Assembly (NCBI GenBank): GCA_050303635.1
Contig: JBNLCD010000001.1
Span: 1-56,666, forward strand
DNA from: Anaerolineae bacterium
GTDB taxonomy: Bacteria; Chloroflexota; Anaerolineae; Aggregatilineales; J027
Length of the DNA: 56,666 bases
Direction: 5' to 3'
Positions 47,863-56,666 of this stretch are shown one piece after another. Under the pieces are notes generated by a model that saw nothing but the letters and a program-made list of their open reading frames with translations, searched no databases and was not told where the DNA came from. Position 1 is the stretch's first letter; every line of letters starts with the position of its first letter. The translations under genes and the position numbers were made by a program.

Positions 47863-48246
47863 ATGTTTTTAAGACCTGTTTATCTTATTAGACGTAGAGG
47901 TGGCATTATGCGTATCTTCAGTCGCTACTTCATACTCGCTCTGGTTATATCATTCGTCGCGCTTCGCCTAATTACCCATTCAACCGACCTACAAACGCAA
48001 TCTAAAACCGCTAATCATCAATATTTCAAAGCTGTGCAAGGCGAACCGCCCAACCCTGACCGAGAGGTTCTGCGCTTTGAGCGAGAATCTGAAGTCATCG
48101 TTTATTATGCTCTATGGCATCAAGGCGCACACTATCAGGTTCAGTGTGTGTTGACCAATAAAATGCTACTAGATTGTGAAGCTGTCATTCATTACGGTCT
48201 GGTACGTGTTCCTGCCAGTGATCGTTATGTGTTCAACTGGGATTAG
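47863..48246 (+). CDS. Small membrane-anchored hypothetical protein
   Basis: The likely start is ATG at 47908 (MRIFSRYFILALVISFVALRLI), after GAGGTGG. It has one TM helix. Confidence 0.45.
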   Translation: MFLRPVYLIRRRGGIMRIFSRYFILALVISFVALRLITHSTDLQTQSKTANHQYFKAVQGEPPNPDREVLRFERESEVIVYYALWHQGAHYQVQCVLTNKMLLDCEAVIHYGLVRVPASDRYVFNWD

Positions 48247-48282
48247 CCATGGACATATTTTTATCAACAATGAAACTCGCTT

Positions 48283-48328
48283 AAACACAGGTCGTATTTT
48301 CTGATGCGCCTGTGTTTATTAATTTTTT
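48283..48328 (+). terminator. Intrinsic terminator
   Basis: AAACACAGG-17 nt-CCTGTGTTT followed by ATTAATTTTTT. Confidence 0.7.
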
Positions 48329-48399
48329 ACGCAACTTATATTGAGCAACCATGCTACCCTAGAAATATATGCTTGCGCTGAGTCTAGGGAGATTGATCA

Positions 48400-49173
48400 A
48401 TGCGTATCGCTATTTTTTCAGATGTCCATGGCAATATTCATGCGTTTGAAGCTGTTCTCTCAGCTATTCAAAAAAATGGCCCTTTTGATCAAATATTATT
48501 TGCGGGCGATTTGGTTTTGGGTGGCGCTAACCCTAAAGATTGCGTTGATCTCCTCAAGGCCAATAATATTCGAGGTGTGCATGGCAACACCGACTTAATT
48601 GCCATTGACCCACCCCCGCGTTCAGAAGATTGGGATGCAAACACTCAACAACTTTGGCAAATGAGATATGCCCGCATCGATTGGACGCGGACTCAAATTG
48701 GGCCTGATGGGCTAGCTTATCTACAATCCCTTCCTTTTGAAATCCGCCTAGCGCCTGATGAAAAGACTGAGCATGATTTACTTGTTGTCCATGCCAATCC
48801 GGTGGATGTTGATCAAGTGATTTTGCCGCCAGAGACTATGCAACAAGCAGAAATGGGCAAAATAACACAACCCGATTCAGAAGTTTTACCCCTCCTCCAA
48901 GATGTCACTGCGCTCACAATTGCCTTTGGCCATATCCACGTCCCCAATATTCGCCACATCGGAGACTATACCCTTGCCAATATTGCTTCAGTTAGTTTCC
49001 CTCAAGATCATGATTGGCGTGCTAAATGGGGTGTTTTGGAATTTAGAGACAACCAATGGGACGTCACTCACCACTATGTTGACTATGATGTTCAAGCGGC
49101 TCGCCAAGCCTATTCTGATATGGATATGCCCTATCCCGATCAATTGATTGCGGGGCTATTGTTGCCCGATTAG
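48400..49173 (+). CDS. Calcineurin-like metallophosphoesterase (YfcE/MJ0936-like)
   Basis: Motifs in order: SDVHGN, AGDLV, HGNTD, VVHANP, FGHIH. Confidence 0.85.
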   Translation: MRIAIFSDVHGNIHAFEAVLSAIQKNGPFDQILFAGDLVLGGANPKDCVDLLKANNIRGVHGNTDLIAIDPPPRSEDWDANTQQLWQMRYARIDWTRTQIGPDGLAYLQSLPFEIRLAPDEKTEHDLLVVHANPVDVDQVILPPETMQQAEMGKITQPDSEVLPLLQDVTALTIAFGHIHVPNIRHIGDYTLANIASVSFPQDHDWRAKWGVLEFRDNQWDVTHHYVDYDVQAARQAYSDMDMPYPDQLIAGLLLPD

Positions 49174-49308
49174 CGGCAATTCTAGGGCAACTTGCGCATA
49201 GTATCAGTAGGTGAGACGTCGCACGGAGACATACAAACCAACCAGTTTAAGGGCTCATAAATTTGGTAAGATAAATTTATTCGCTGGAACACAACTGAAA
49301 GGCATAAA

Positions 49309-50832
49309 ATGATGATTTGGCGTGGTGTAATCATTTGGCTAATTTGTGCAGGTCTAGTCATACCTTTGCCTCAAGCGGTTCCTATCACCTGTGAATTGAG
49401 TTTAATCAATCCCCCTAATCAACAAGAATCCGTTATTTTTGGTACATTTCAACGGTTACCGAATGACAACTTGCTATATGTAAGTCATGGCGAAGATGTT
49501 GAAAAATTATGGCTCGTCACAACCGATAATGCTGTTCACTATCTGGCGGACGTTGATATCTACTATTCGATGGTGCCTGAGATTCGAATCTATCGTGATG
49601 AGAGATTTATTTATCTATCTCAAGATGAACAAACCGAAACCATCAGTGTTGAACAAATCGACCTGCATACCTACGCTCACAAAATGTTATTTGAGCATGT
49701 CTACCAAGCCTATATTTATCTGCGCGGCGATTGGCTGTTTGTCCCGACGGCTCCGCAAAAAACTACTGCGTTAAATCTCCAAACGGAGTTTCAAGTCAAT
49801 CTAGAATTTCCTAATGTGGGTGGGCGCGGTTCAGTCGATCCGCTTGCGAAAATTACGGAATCTCAATGGCTATTTAGCAAGGACAACACAATTTTTGTGG
49901 TCGATCTAACCACCGCCTCAGTTCTGGCATTAGCCATGAATGCAATTGCGGCATCCTATTTAGCGCCTCAATATGCAATTTTCGACGATCGATTGATTTA
50001 TTTTGACCGCAACCCCAATGCTCTAATCCTACAACCATTGGATGGTTCTGCTTCGCAAGAAATAACATTACAAGGTCCCGGTGATTATAAGTATCTGCAA
50101 GCCACCGAACGCGGCATCATTTATACCTATGAATCGACGCTTACGGGTCGCCAATTGTATTTTGTTGATCTAGCCGGACAAAATGACATCATTCATCTGA
50201 ATGCAGATACCGCTGAACTAAGCAGGTTTCGGCTAGCTACCGCGCCTCGCGAGAGTACCGAACCTAGTTCAGTTTGGTATCAAACAACAACCGCAGGCAT
50301 GTATCGTGCTGAACTCATCCCACCATTTCCCCAAGAACATATTAGCAACCATGAAGTTAAAAGCTCAATCCAGATTGAACATGGCCAGATTACCTATTTT
50401 TCAGATGAAGGCTACGTGTTGGTTTCAAGCGATGGTCAACATATCAAAAATATCGGAACCGATTGGGGCTATGCAATGACAGACGAAGAAGTCTTTTACA
50501 GAAAGAACGAAGACGGGACTATTTTACGCTACAACTATCTAACTGATACTGTTCAGGAACTGAGCGTGCTGGAAGGTAGCGAAGTCCGACTCTACCCTGT
50601 AAAAGGTCAAAATTTCTTATACTTTCAGAGTGATGACCGTGTGGGTATTTTGAGTTTTGACGGCGCTGTCAGTCTGGCCAACGGGCAAATTCGCTATTTG
50701 AATGAATATCCTGTTGGCCAAGATCCTCACTGGGGCAATGTCCGTTACTTACCTGACGGCTCGTTTGTTTTCGCTTCCAATCACAACAAAGTTTTGACAC
50801 ATGTTCACTGTTCGCAAATAGCCAGCAATTAG
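49309..50832 (+). CDS. Secreted hypothetical protein (beta-rich, propeller-like)
   Basis: Signal peptide MMIWRGVIIWLICAGLVIPLPQA. 507 aa with no recognisable catalytic motif. Confidence 0.5.
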   Translation: MMIWRGVIIWLICAGLVIPLPQAVPITCELSLINPPNQQESVIFGTFQRLPNDNLLYVSHGEDVEKLWLVTTDNAVHYLADVDIYYSMVPEIRIYRDERFIYLSQDEQTETISVEQIDLHTYAHKMLFEHVYQAYIYLRGDWLFVPTAPQKTTALNLQTEFQVNLEFPNVGGRGSVDPLAKITESQWLFSKDNTIFVVDLTTASVLALAMNAIAASYLAPQYAIFDDRLIYFDRNPNALILQPLDGSASQEITLQGPGDYKYLQATERGIIYTYESTLTGRQLYFVDLAGQNDIIHLNADTAELSRFRLATAPRESTEPSSVWYQTTTAGMYRAELIPPFPQEHISNHEVKSSIQIEHGQITYFSDEGYVLVSSDGQHIKNIGTDWGYAMTDEEVFYRKNEDGTILRYNYLTDTVQELSVLEGSEVRLYPVKGQNFLYFQSDDRVGILSFDGAVSLANGQIRYLNEYPVGQDPHWGNVRYLPDGSFVFASNHNKVLTHVHCSQIASN

Positions 50833-50874
50833 ACTTCTAAATGAGCAATTGTTGAAACTAGCTAAGTCAATCTG

Positions 50875-50903
50875 TTGACATGGAGCGTGGGCTTTGTTAC
50901 CAT
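50875..50903 (+). promoter_or_regulatory. Sigma-70-like promoter for the trp leader
   Basis: TTGACA (50875-50880), a 17-nt spacer, then TACCAT (50898-50903). Confidence 0.45.
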
Positions 50904-50934
50904 TTCGCACATGACTAAAACTAAATAGTTTTAC

Positions 50935-51278
50935 AGGCCATGATCCGAAAGAGTAAATCTGCCTTGGGTGTCTAGAGAGTTGTCGGTTGCTGAAAAGACA
51001 ATACACCACACCAGATTGAATGGGTTCGGGGAGTCGTTGAGGTGAAAATTTAAGTAGCTTCAATCGGGTTCGCCGCCGTTATCCGGCGTTTGGGTAGCTA
51101 AAATTTTATTGTGTGATGTTTTATTCATCCCAATAAATAGATTTTTCGTTCAATTTCAAAAAATCAACTATTCAAAGATAAGTGAGATGTTTGGCAAATC
51201 AGCAACAGCGCCTTACATCTAATCCAGGTGGCACCGCGGGAAGCCCTGTCTCGTCTTGGAAACGACAGGGCTTTTTTG
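50935..51278 (+). ncRNA. T-box leader (tRNA-sensing riboswitch) with Trp (UGG) specifier
   Basis: - Stem I: a TGAT/GA base, AGAGTA, helix AATCTG/CAGATT, an AGAGAG bulge, helix TTGTC/GACAA and distal loop GGTTGCTGAAAA.
- Specifier loop: GAA-TGG-G, with the codon at 51021-51023.
- T-box sequence: AATCCAGGTGGCACCGCGGG (51221-51240).
- Terminator: GCCCTGTC..GACAGGGC plus TTTTTT (51243-51277). Confidence 0.85.
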
Positions 51279-51317
51279 ATTCTGCATTTTGCATGAAGAT
51301 GAAAGGTCATATGAATC

Positions 51318-52796
51318 ATGCCTACCGTGGTACGGGATTTTACCCGTTTTTACCCTACTCTAGAGGAAATGCCTGCTCTTTTTGAAAAAGGTGACCTCGT
51401 CCCTGTTTATCGTGTTCTGCCTGCTGATCTGGAAACCCCGGTCTCAGCCTTTCTCAAATTATTCAACGATGACGAAGCCGCGTTCCTGCTCGAAAGTGTT
51501 GAAGGTGGCGAACAAGTCGGGCGCTACTCCTTTATTGGCGTGAGCCCCCGCGACATTTTACGTCCGTCGGTGGCTCCGGGTAATGATGCGCTTGCCGAAA
51601 TTGAAAATCTCCTAGCTCAATATAATCCTGTTCAATTGCCTGATTTACCCCGTTTTACGGGTGGTGCAGTCGGCTTCTTGGGCTATGATGTGGTCGGCCA
51701 ATTTGAACGCCTTCCGCAAGATGCACCGGATACGACAGGCTTGCCTGCTTCATTATTTATGATTTTCGATAAACTGATTATTGTTGATCATGTAAAAACT
51801 CAGATTATTGTGCTGGCCAATGCCCACAATCAAGGTGATATTGAAGCCGCCTATCAAGATGCGATTGATCAGATTTCTGAAATTGTCACGCGCTTGCGGC
51901 AAACTTTGCCAGATATGAAATCCGCTGGACCAGCCGCTCACAATGAATTAATCTCAAATAGAACCCAAGACGATTATGAAAGTGCCGTCCGTGCCGCCAA
52001 AGAATATATTGCCGCCGGCGATGCCTTCCAAATTGTGCTTTCGCAACGCTTGAGCTGTGAAACAACCGCCCATCCCTTCACTATTTATCGTGCTCTACGG
52101 ATGCTCAATCCAGCACCTTATATGTTCTTCTTCCATTTCCCCAAAGAAATTGAAGGCGAAGACTTCAGCATTGTCGGGGCTTCTCCAGAAATGATGGTTC
52201 GTCTCGAAGACGGTGTTGCCAGTGTGCGCCCGATTGCGGGTACCCGTCCACGTGGCGAAACGCACGAAGAAGATCTTGCCCATGAGGAAAATCTACTGTC
52301 TGATCCCAAAGAACGCGCTGAACATGTCATGCTCGTTGATTTAGGACGTAATGACTTGGGCCGCGTTTGTGAATATGGTTCAGTCCATGTGCCTGAATTG
52401 ATGGTCATTGAACGCTATTCCCACGTCATGCACATTGTCTCGCATGTTGAAGGCAAAATCCGTGATGGTCTCAATGCGTTCGACTTACTGCGGGCTACTT
52501 TCCCCGCTGGCACAGTCAGTGGAGCTCCTAAGATTCGCGCAATGGAAATTATTGATGAACTCGAACCCGATCGCCGTGGCCCATATGCGGGTGCCGTCGG
52601 CTATTTTAGCTTTAGTGGCAGTATGGATACCTGCATCACCATTCGCACCATCACAATGAAGGGTAATCATGCCTATATTCAAGCGGGTGCCGGTCTCGTA
52701 GCCGATAGTGATCCAGCTACTGAATATGCTGAAACACGTCATAAAGCGCAAGCACTGGCCGAAGCGATCACCTTAGCCGAAAAAGGGTTTGAATAA
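51318..52796 (+). CDS. trpE: Anthranilate synthase component I
   Basis: LLESVEGGEQVGRYSFIG, GAGLVADSDP and the typical chorismate-binding C-terminal domain. Confidence 0.92.
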   Translation: MPTVVRDFTRFYPTLEEMPALFEKGDLVPVYRVLPADLETPVSAFLKLFNDDEAAFLLESVEGGEQVGRYSFIGVSPRDILRPSVAPGNDALAEIENLLAQYNPVQLPDLPRFTGGAVGFLGYDVVGQFERLPQDAPDTTGLPASLFMIFDKLIIVDHVKTQIIVLANAHNQGDIEAAYQDAIDQISEIVTRLRQTLPDMKSAGPAAHNELISNRTQDDYESAVRAAKEYIAAGDAFQIVLSQRLSCETTAHPFTIYRALRMLNPAPYMFFFHFPKEIEGEDFSIVGASPEMMVRLEDGVASVRPIAGTRPRGETHEEDLAHEENLLSDPKERAEHVMLVDLGRNDLGRVCEYGSVHVPELMVIERYSHVMHIVSHVEGKIRDGLNAFDLLRATFPAGTVSGAPKIRAMEIIDELEPDRRGPYAGAVGYFSFSGSMDTCITIRTITMKGNHAYIQAGAGLVADSDPATEYAETRHKAQALAEAITLAEKGFE

Positions 52797-52913
52797 AATC
52801 CAATACGGCTGATTCTAATTAATTGAGTGCCGTAAATCACCTGTCGGACCACGGCATGCCGTGGTCGCTGATCAGCATAATCAATTTAGCAAATAATTGG
52901 GAGACAACCCATC

Positions 52914-53480
52914 ATGATTTTAGTCATCGACAATTACGACAGTTTTACCTACAACTTGGTTCAACTTTTAGGGTCGTTAGGTGCTGAACTCTGTGTCCGC
53001 CGTAACGACGAAATCACGCTCGACGAAGTTCGTGATCTGAATCCAACGCATATTGTGATCTCACCCGGACCCGGTACGCCCGATGATGCGGGCATGTCAC
53101 GGGAAATCATGCGCGAATTTGGTCCAACCATACCAATTTTGGGCGTTTGTTTGGGCCACCAATGTATGGGCGAAGTTTATGGCGGCAAAGTCACCCGTGC
53201 GCCGCGTCTCATGCATGGCAAAACCTCACCCGTCTTTCACCGCAATCAACCCCTGTTTACAGGCATACCTAGTCCCTTCACGGCCACCCGCTATCACAGC
53301 TTGATTGTAGAAGAACCTCTGCCGGATAGTTTAACGGTAACCGCTTTTACGGAAGAAGGCGAAGTGATGGCCATCAAACATAAAGAATATCCTGTGGTTG
53401 GTGTTCAATTCCATCCTGAAAGTATCCTTACCGAATACGGAGCCCGTATTCTCCAAAACTTCCTTGATGGTCGCATTTAA
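52914..53480 (+). CDS. trpG: Anthranilate synthase component II / glutamine amidotransferase (TrpG/PabA type)
   Basis: [17 protein letters not shown], catalytic GVCLGHQ and FHPES. Confidence 0.9.
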   Translation: MILVIDNYDSFTYNLVQLLGSLGAELCVRRNDEITLDEVRDLNPTHIVISPGPGTPDDAGMSREIMREFGPTIPILGVCLGHQCMGEVYGGKVTRAPRLMHGKTSPVFHRNQPLFTGIPSPFTATRYHSLIVEEPLPDSLTVTAFTEEGEVMAIKHKEYPVVGVQFHPESILTEYGARILQNFLDGRI

Positions 53481-53503
53481 AACATTACATTTCAACTAGA
53501 ATC

Positions 53504-53540
53504 AAAAATGGGCAAAGTTTTCATATTTGCCCATTTTTGA
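53504..53540 (+). terminator. Intrinsic terminator after trpG
   Basis: ATGGGCAAA-gttttcata-TTTGCCCAT followed by TTTTT. Confidence 0.8.
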
Positions 53541-53753
53541 TTTGTCTAAGTTAACAAAGAATTAAGGTAATTTGACTGAATAAGTCACTTTTCATACCAT
53601 TCAAACAAATTTTATCCCGTTTTTTAACAAGATTATAGCGATAATAATTGCTTTAATGGCTTGACTAGGCTTTATTTTAAATTAACCCTAAACTAAAATA
53701 AGTCAAAGCAATTGCAATTAACAAAATTGTAAAATTACCCAAAATAGGATGTC

Positions 53754-54542
53754 ATGCCAACTCTAGACCGTCACGAACGCCAACGTTTGCGTTATTTGCA
53801 AGAACACCTGCTAAATCAATGTGTTCTTGCGGGTGCCGACTATACCCCCATCAGTACTGTCGGGACGATTTATCATCCGCAACTCGATCATCCCGATCTA
53901 AATCTAATTATTCCTCATCGGGGTGTGGCCTGGACTCGCACCGATGATGTGATGGAAGCCTTTGAATATATGCGTGACCATCATCGTGAACCGCGTTTTC
54001 AATATCTAGAGAAATTATTTCCTGCCGCGTTTCATCAACAATTACTGCTTAAAGGTCTAAAACCTGTTGCTTCTCGCCATATATGGGTCTATGAACCAAT
54101 TTATGGACCGTCATTACTTAATGAATCATTGTATGGCCAAATTATGGATGGTAATCGACCGCTTCGTGGAAATTCGGTTCAATTAACAATCCATAAAGTA
54201 AAGTCTGAAACAGAAACGGAAAAATGGCGGGATTTAACGCATATTGAGGACGATGTAATTGCCCCGATGCTCGTTCATCGCTGGCTAGGCTATCACAATG
54301 ATGAACCCGTTGCCGCCCTTCAATCGACCTTTGAGAACCAAAACACCGAAATTTTACTGCCGTGTGTTATAGATGACTGGCAAGGATTTGGTTTTGAAAG
54401 AGCAATAGTAAACACGGCGCTCCTCACTGCTTTAGAGGCTAGTAGTCAAATGGTTTATCTTGTTGGCGAATCAAAGAAACACGCCGCCCAATACGAGGCA
54501 CTCGGCTTTACATTCTTTACCCGTGTCTTGAGTTTTGCCTAA
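53754..54542 (+). CDS. Hypothetical protein with GNAT-like C-terminal half
   Basis: WQGFGFERAIVNTALLTA resembles the GNAT motif A (Q/R-x-x-G-x-G/A). The call is weak. Confidence 0.4.
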   Translation: MPTLDRHERQRLRYLQEHLLNQCVLAGADYTPISTVGTIYHPQLDHPDLNLIIPHRGVAWTRTDDVMEAFEYMRDHHREPRFQYLEKLFPAAFHQQLLLKGLKPVASRHIWVYEPIYGPSLLNESLYGQIMDGNRPLRGNSVQLTIHKVKSETETEKWRDLTHIEDDVIAPMLVHRWLGYHNDEPVAALQSTFENQNTEILLPCVIDDWQGFGFERAIVNTALLTALEASSQMVYLVGESKKHAAQYEALGFTFFTRVLSFA

Positions 54543-54551
54543 GCGTCAGTT

Positions 54552-55097
54552 TTATTGATAGTAAATCATTCGACCACAATATTGACATTTACGTGCCCCA
54601 TACTCATTGGCTTGATTGCAATTCGGGCAAAGGATGTGCCGCGTCCGTTTTTGCAGATTATCTTCCGCAACCATAATTGTTTCTAGCCACACTAAACTAA
54701 AGAGCAAAACACCCGCTAATAAACTCAACCAATACCCAAATTGTAATTGGGATTCGCCCCATTCTGCTGAACTGAGATAAAACCATAACAAAGGTAAAAT
54801 CGCGAGATAACCCGTCCGACGTGCTAATTTCAACCCCGGTGCTGTGCTCTGATCAATAATACCGGAGAAACCACGTACAATACCGGCAAAAATAAACGGA
54901 ATCAACAAAAGCAAAACCCACCACGGTCGTGAAACGATCAAGACGACATCAAAAGGTGGCTTAAATGCAGGTAACGCATACCGAATAAGACTGGCCGCTG
55001 AGTGGGTTTTTTGATGCCAAGGTAAAAATAAAGACAAAAACAAATTGAACCCGCTTAGCATTTCTAAGAGATAAGTCATTCTTTGATAAATCTGCAT
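54552..55097 (-). CDS. Polytopic membrane protein with C-terminal zinc ribbon
   Basis: About 5 TM helices, then CPNCNQANEYGARKCQYCG. Confidence 0.55.
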   Translation of the reverse strand: MQIYQRMTYLLEMLSGFNLFLSLFLPWHQKTHSAASLIRYALPAFKPPFDVVLIVSRPWWVLLLLIPFIFAGIVRGFSGIIDQSTAPGLKLARRTGYLAILPLLWFYLSSAEWGESQLQFGYWLSLLAGVLLFSLVWLETIMVAEDNLQKRTRHILCPNCNQANEYGARKCQYCGRMIYYQ

Positions 55098-55105
55098 GAA
55101 GGGAT

Positions 55106-56314
55106 TTAAGCTCCTTCAGTGTCGGACGTTTGTCGTGGACGAAATAGCGCGAGACTGGCCGTATGTCCATGCAAAAAATTCTGGTCGCCGATAGGACCAA
55201 GTTCACCTGCGGCAAAGAAACCTGCCATTTTGACGCTTCCTAGCGTATTGGTAATGGTTGAAACATCCCCATTCGGGTGGTCAAACAGGCGAGTCCCACG
55301 ACTATTGCACGACACCACAAAAATGCCAGCCGGTGCGCCAAACATACTTTGCGGAGTCAACATTAAACTCAAGTCTTCAATAGCAGTGCTGGCATCCCGG
55401 ACATGAAATTGAACACGTTCGCCCACATCCATATAATCACCCACGGCAATTGCCCCGTATTCATGATCAACACCCAATACCCCGCGCACCAAAAAATCTC
55501 CCCGGCCTAAATCGTCATTATCAGACTGAATCGCCCGTCCAATAAAAATACCATTGCGCAACAGATGATGCGCGGAAGGCGGCAAGTTGTCAACCAACTT
55601 TTGCAAATGTAACAATGGGGAACTATTATCCATACGGATAATGACATTTTCTTCAATTTCTTCAATCGTATGCACATCGCCCAGCGGTCGACAACCTTGT
55701 GAAACAATCATATCCACTTGGATATTGCCACTCAACACAACCCCAACGGCACCACCCGGAATAATTTCCTCATCAAAAAAGAGAACATTGCCATTCGGAG
55801 CGGTTGCGGCACTGGCCATCCCGCCGATAATCGGAATTTCTGGGAAATAGGAATTGAGTGCATTCAATAATTGGTTGATTGGGGTCGAGTAGGGGTCTGC
55901 CAACAAAATAGTTGCTTCCGTGGCCTCATCAACCGAGTAAACGCCACCAAGATGGGCTTTATCAACTAAGATATCTTGCCATGCCCCGATATTCCACTGG
56001 AATGGTTTCAGCGTAACATCGGGCAAATGCGCCGCTAAACAGGCGATACCGTGCTCAAATTCAATTTCAGTCTTGTTACCAATCACGCTTTCCGCTGAAC
56101 AGCCTAGAAATAAACCCGGCGCAAGTTTTTCTCGCAAAGTTTTGCTGATGACCTCAGCTTGGCCTACCCATGGTTCTGTGATAAATACTAAGGCGAGGTC
56201 AATTGATTGATTATCTAGTTGTTGCTGAATATCATTCGTGATCGTAGTCAAAGCCTCATCAAGGGTTGTCTCGGCGGATGAAGCTGAAGCAAATTGCATC
56301 ATAAATTCCTTCAA
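55106..56314 (-). CDS. FIST-domain (FIST_N + FIST_C) sensory protein
   Basis: 402 aa. The C-terminal GFFAAGELGPIGDQNFLHGHTASLALF is typical of FIST_C. TTG start. Confidence 0.75.
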   Translation of the reverse strand: MKEFMMQFASASSAETTLDEALTTITNDIQQQLDNQSIDLALVFITEPWVGQAEVISKTLREKLAPGLFLGCSAESVIGNKTEIEFEHGIACLAAHLPDVTLKPFQWNIGAWQDILVDKAHLGGVYSVDEATEATILLADPYSTPINQLLNALNSYFPEIPIIGGMASAATAPNGNVLFFDEEIIPGGAVGVVLSGNIQVDMIVSQGCRPLGDVHTIEEIEENVIIRMDNSSPLLHLQKLVDNLPPSAHHLLRNGIFIGRAIQSDNDDLGRGDFLVRGVLGVDHEYGAIAVGDYMDVGERVQFHVRDASTAIEDLSLMLTPQSMFGAPAGIFVVSCNSRGTRLFDHPNGDVSTITNTLGSVKMAGFFAAGELGPIGDQNFLHGHTASLALFRPRQTSDTEGA

Positions 56315-56362
56315 TTTCGAGTCTTGTCGCTACCTAGTGAAAATGCTAAAATATTAAACGTT

Positions 56363-56435
56363 GCCATCGTAGCTCAACTGGCAGAGCGATCGCTTCGTAA
56401 GCGATAGGTTATGGGTTCAAGTCCCATCGATGGCT
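56363..56435 (+). tRNA. tRNA-Thr (anticodon CGU)
   Basis: Hand-folded cloverleaf:
- acceptor GCCATCG/CGATGGC;
- D arm GCTC-AACTGGCA-GAGC;
- anticodon arm ATCGC-TTCGTAA-GCGAT;
- variable loop AGGTT;
- T arm ATGGG-TTCAAGT-CCCAT;
- discriminator T.
CCA is not encoded. Confidence 0.9.
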
Positions 56436-56453
56436 CTCAGAGTATTATACAAG

Positions 56454-56484
56454 AAACCGCGAATTAATCGCGGTTTTTTATTTT
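56454..56484 (+). terminator. Intrinsic terminator after tRNA-Thr
   Basis: AAACCGCGA-attaa-TCGCGGTTT followed by TTTATTTT. Confidence 0.8.
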
Positions 56485-56666
56485 GCATTTTGCCCATAAC
56501 TTCCCCGCGTTTGAATATAACAGGCAAATTCTGAGCAAGGATAAAGATTGATGATCGAGGTTAAATCCCCCTCGCTTAGATCAATTCTAACAAGGGACTG
56601 ATTGCTTTGTCTCAATAATTGACGGGTATGTCGGCCAAGCTTACACGGCTAAACCAAGAATCGAAG

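Noticed and set aside
51055-51110. Possible second (tandem) T-box or terminator: GGGTTCGCCGCCG followed by the hairpin CGCCG-ttatc-CGGCG
   Set aside because: It is a poor match to the GGGTGGTACCGCG core, the stem is only 5 bp, and no proper U-tract follows. It is more likely part of the Stem II/III region of a single leader.
51182-51385. 67-aa ORF in the track upstream of and overlapping trpE
   Set aside because: It lies across the T-box sequence, the antiterminator/terminator hairpin and the U-tract. It has no RBS and overlaps the trpE start. It is better explained as non-coding leader.
56436-56666. Integrated element or integrase next to tRNA-Thr
   Set aside because: Only a 13-codon open frame (ATG at 56628, MSAKLTRLNQESK) is visible before the window ends. 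No att-like repeat of the tRNA 3' end was seen. The evidence is insufficient.

Overview
This 56.7-kb window is a gene-dense chromosomal segment with about 50 protein genes, one tRNA, one riboswitch-type leader, one IS element and one gene relic. I found no rRNA and no CRISPR array. The gene content suggests a Chloroflexota-like bacterium: Hanks kinases, a giant cyclase-STAND-TPR protein, a T-box on trpEG, and many secreted beta-propeller proteins. That assignment is inference only. GC looks mid-40s % by eye and was not computed.

Gene order, left to right:
- A truncated beta-lactamase-like hydrolase and a Nudix hydrolase.
- An FtsK-like protein with dead Walker motifs, plus a membrane protein.
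- A Ser/Thr kinase and a 1499-aa double-cyclase/STAND/TPR protein.
- An ECF sigma / anti-sigma pair, divergent from a secreted acidic protein.
- A MerR/GyrI regulator.
- A CelD-like GNAT, an MshA-like GT4, a Gfo/Idh/MocA oxidoreductase and an aldehyde dehydrogenase.
- Three tandem small paralogs, possibly STAS-like.
- An SDR / LarA-like / FGGY-kinase operon.
- A TolB-like membrane protein.
- An FG-GAP propeller fused to cytochrome c.
- An internally deleted APH-type phosphotransferase relic.
- A copper-handling island: cytochrome c, ZIP, two-domain multicopper oxidase, PCuAC-like::MbnH fusion, MbnP.
- Two tandem secreted paralogs with conserved 83-nt upstream elements.
- A split suf cluster: sufCBD, a rhodanese, two small proteins, sufE and sufS.
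- An IS982-family element.
- A Zn-ribbon-TIR protein, a small membrane protein, a metallophosphoesterase and a secreted protein.
- A Trp-specific T-box leader with trpE and trpG.
- A GNAT-like protein, a Zn-ribbon membrane protein, a FIST protein and tRNA-Thr(CGU).

The candidates I consider most worth follow-up are:
- the MbnP/MbnH-type copper island with its unusual fusions;
- the SDR-LarA-kinase operon, a possible non-canonical hexuronate/gluconate route;
- the duplicated secreted paralogs, whose upstream DNA is better conserved than their coding sequence;
- the triplicated small paralogs;
- the FG-GAP::cytochrome c fusion.

All calls come from reading the translations and the DNA. No database search was run.
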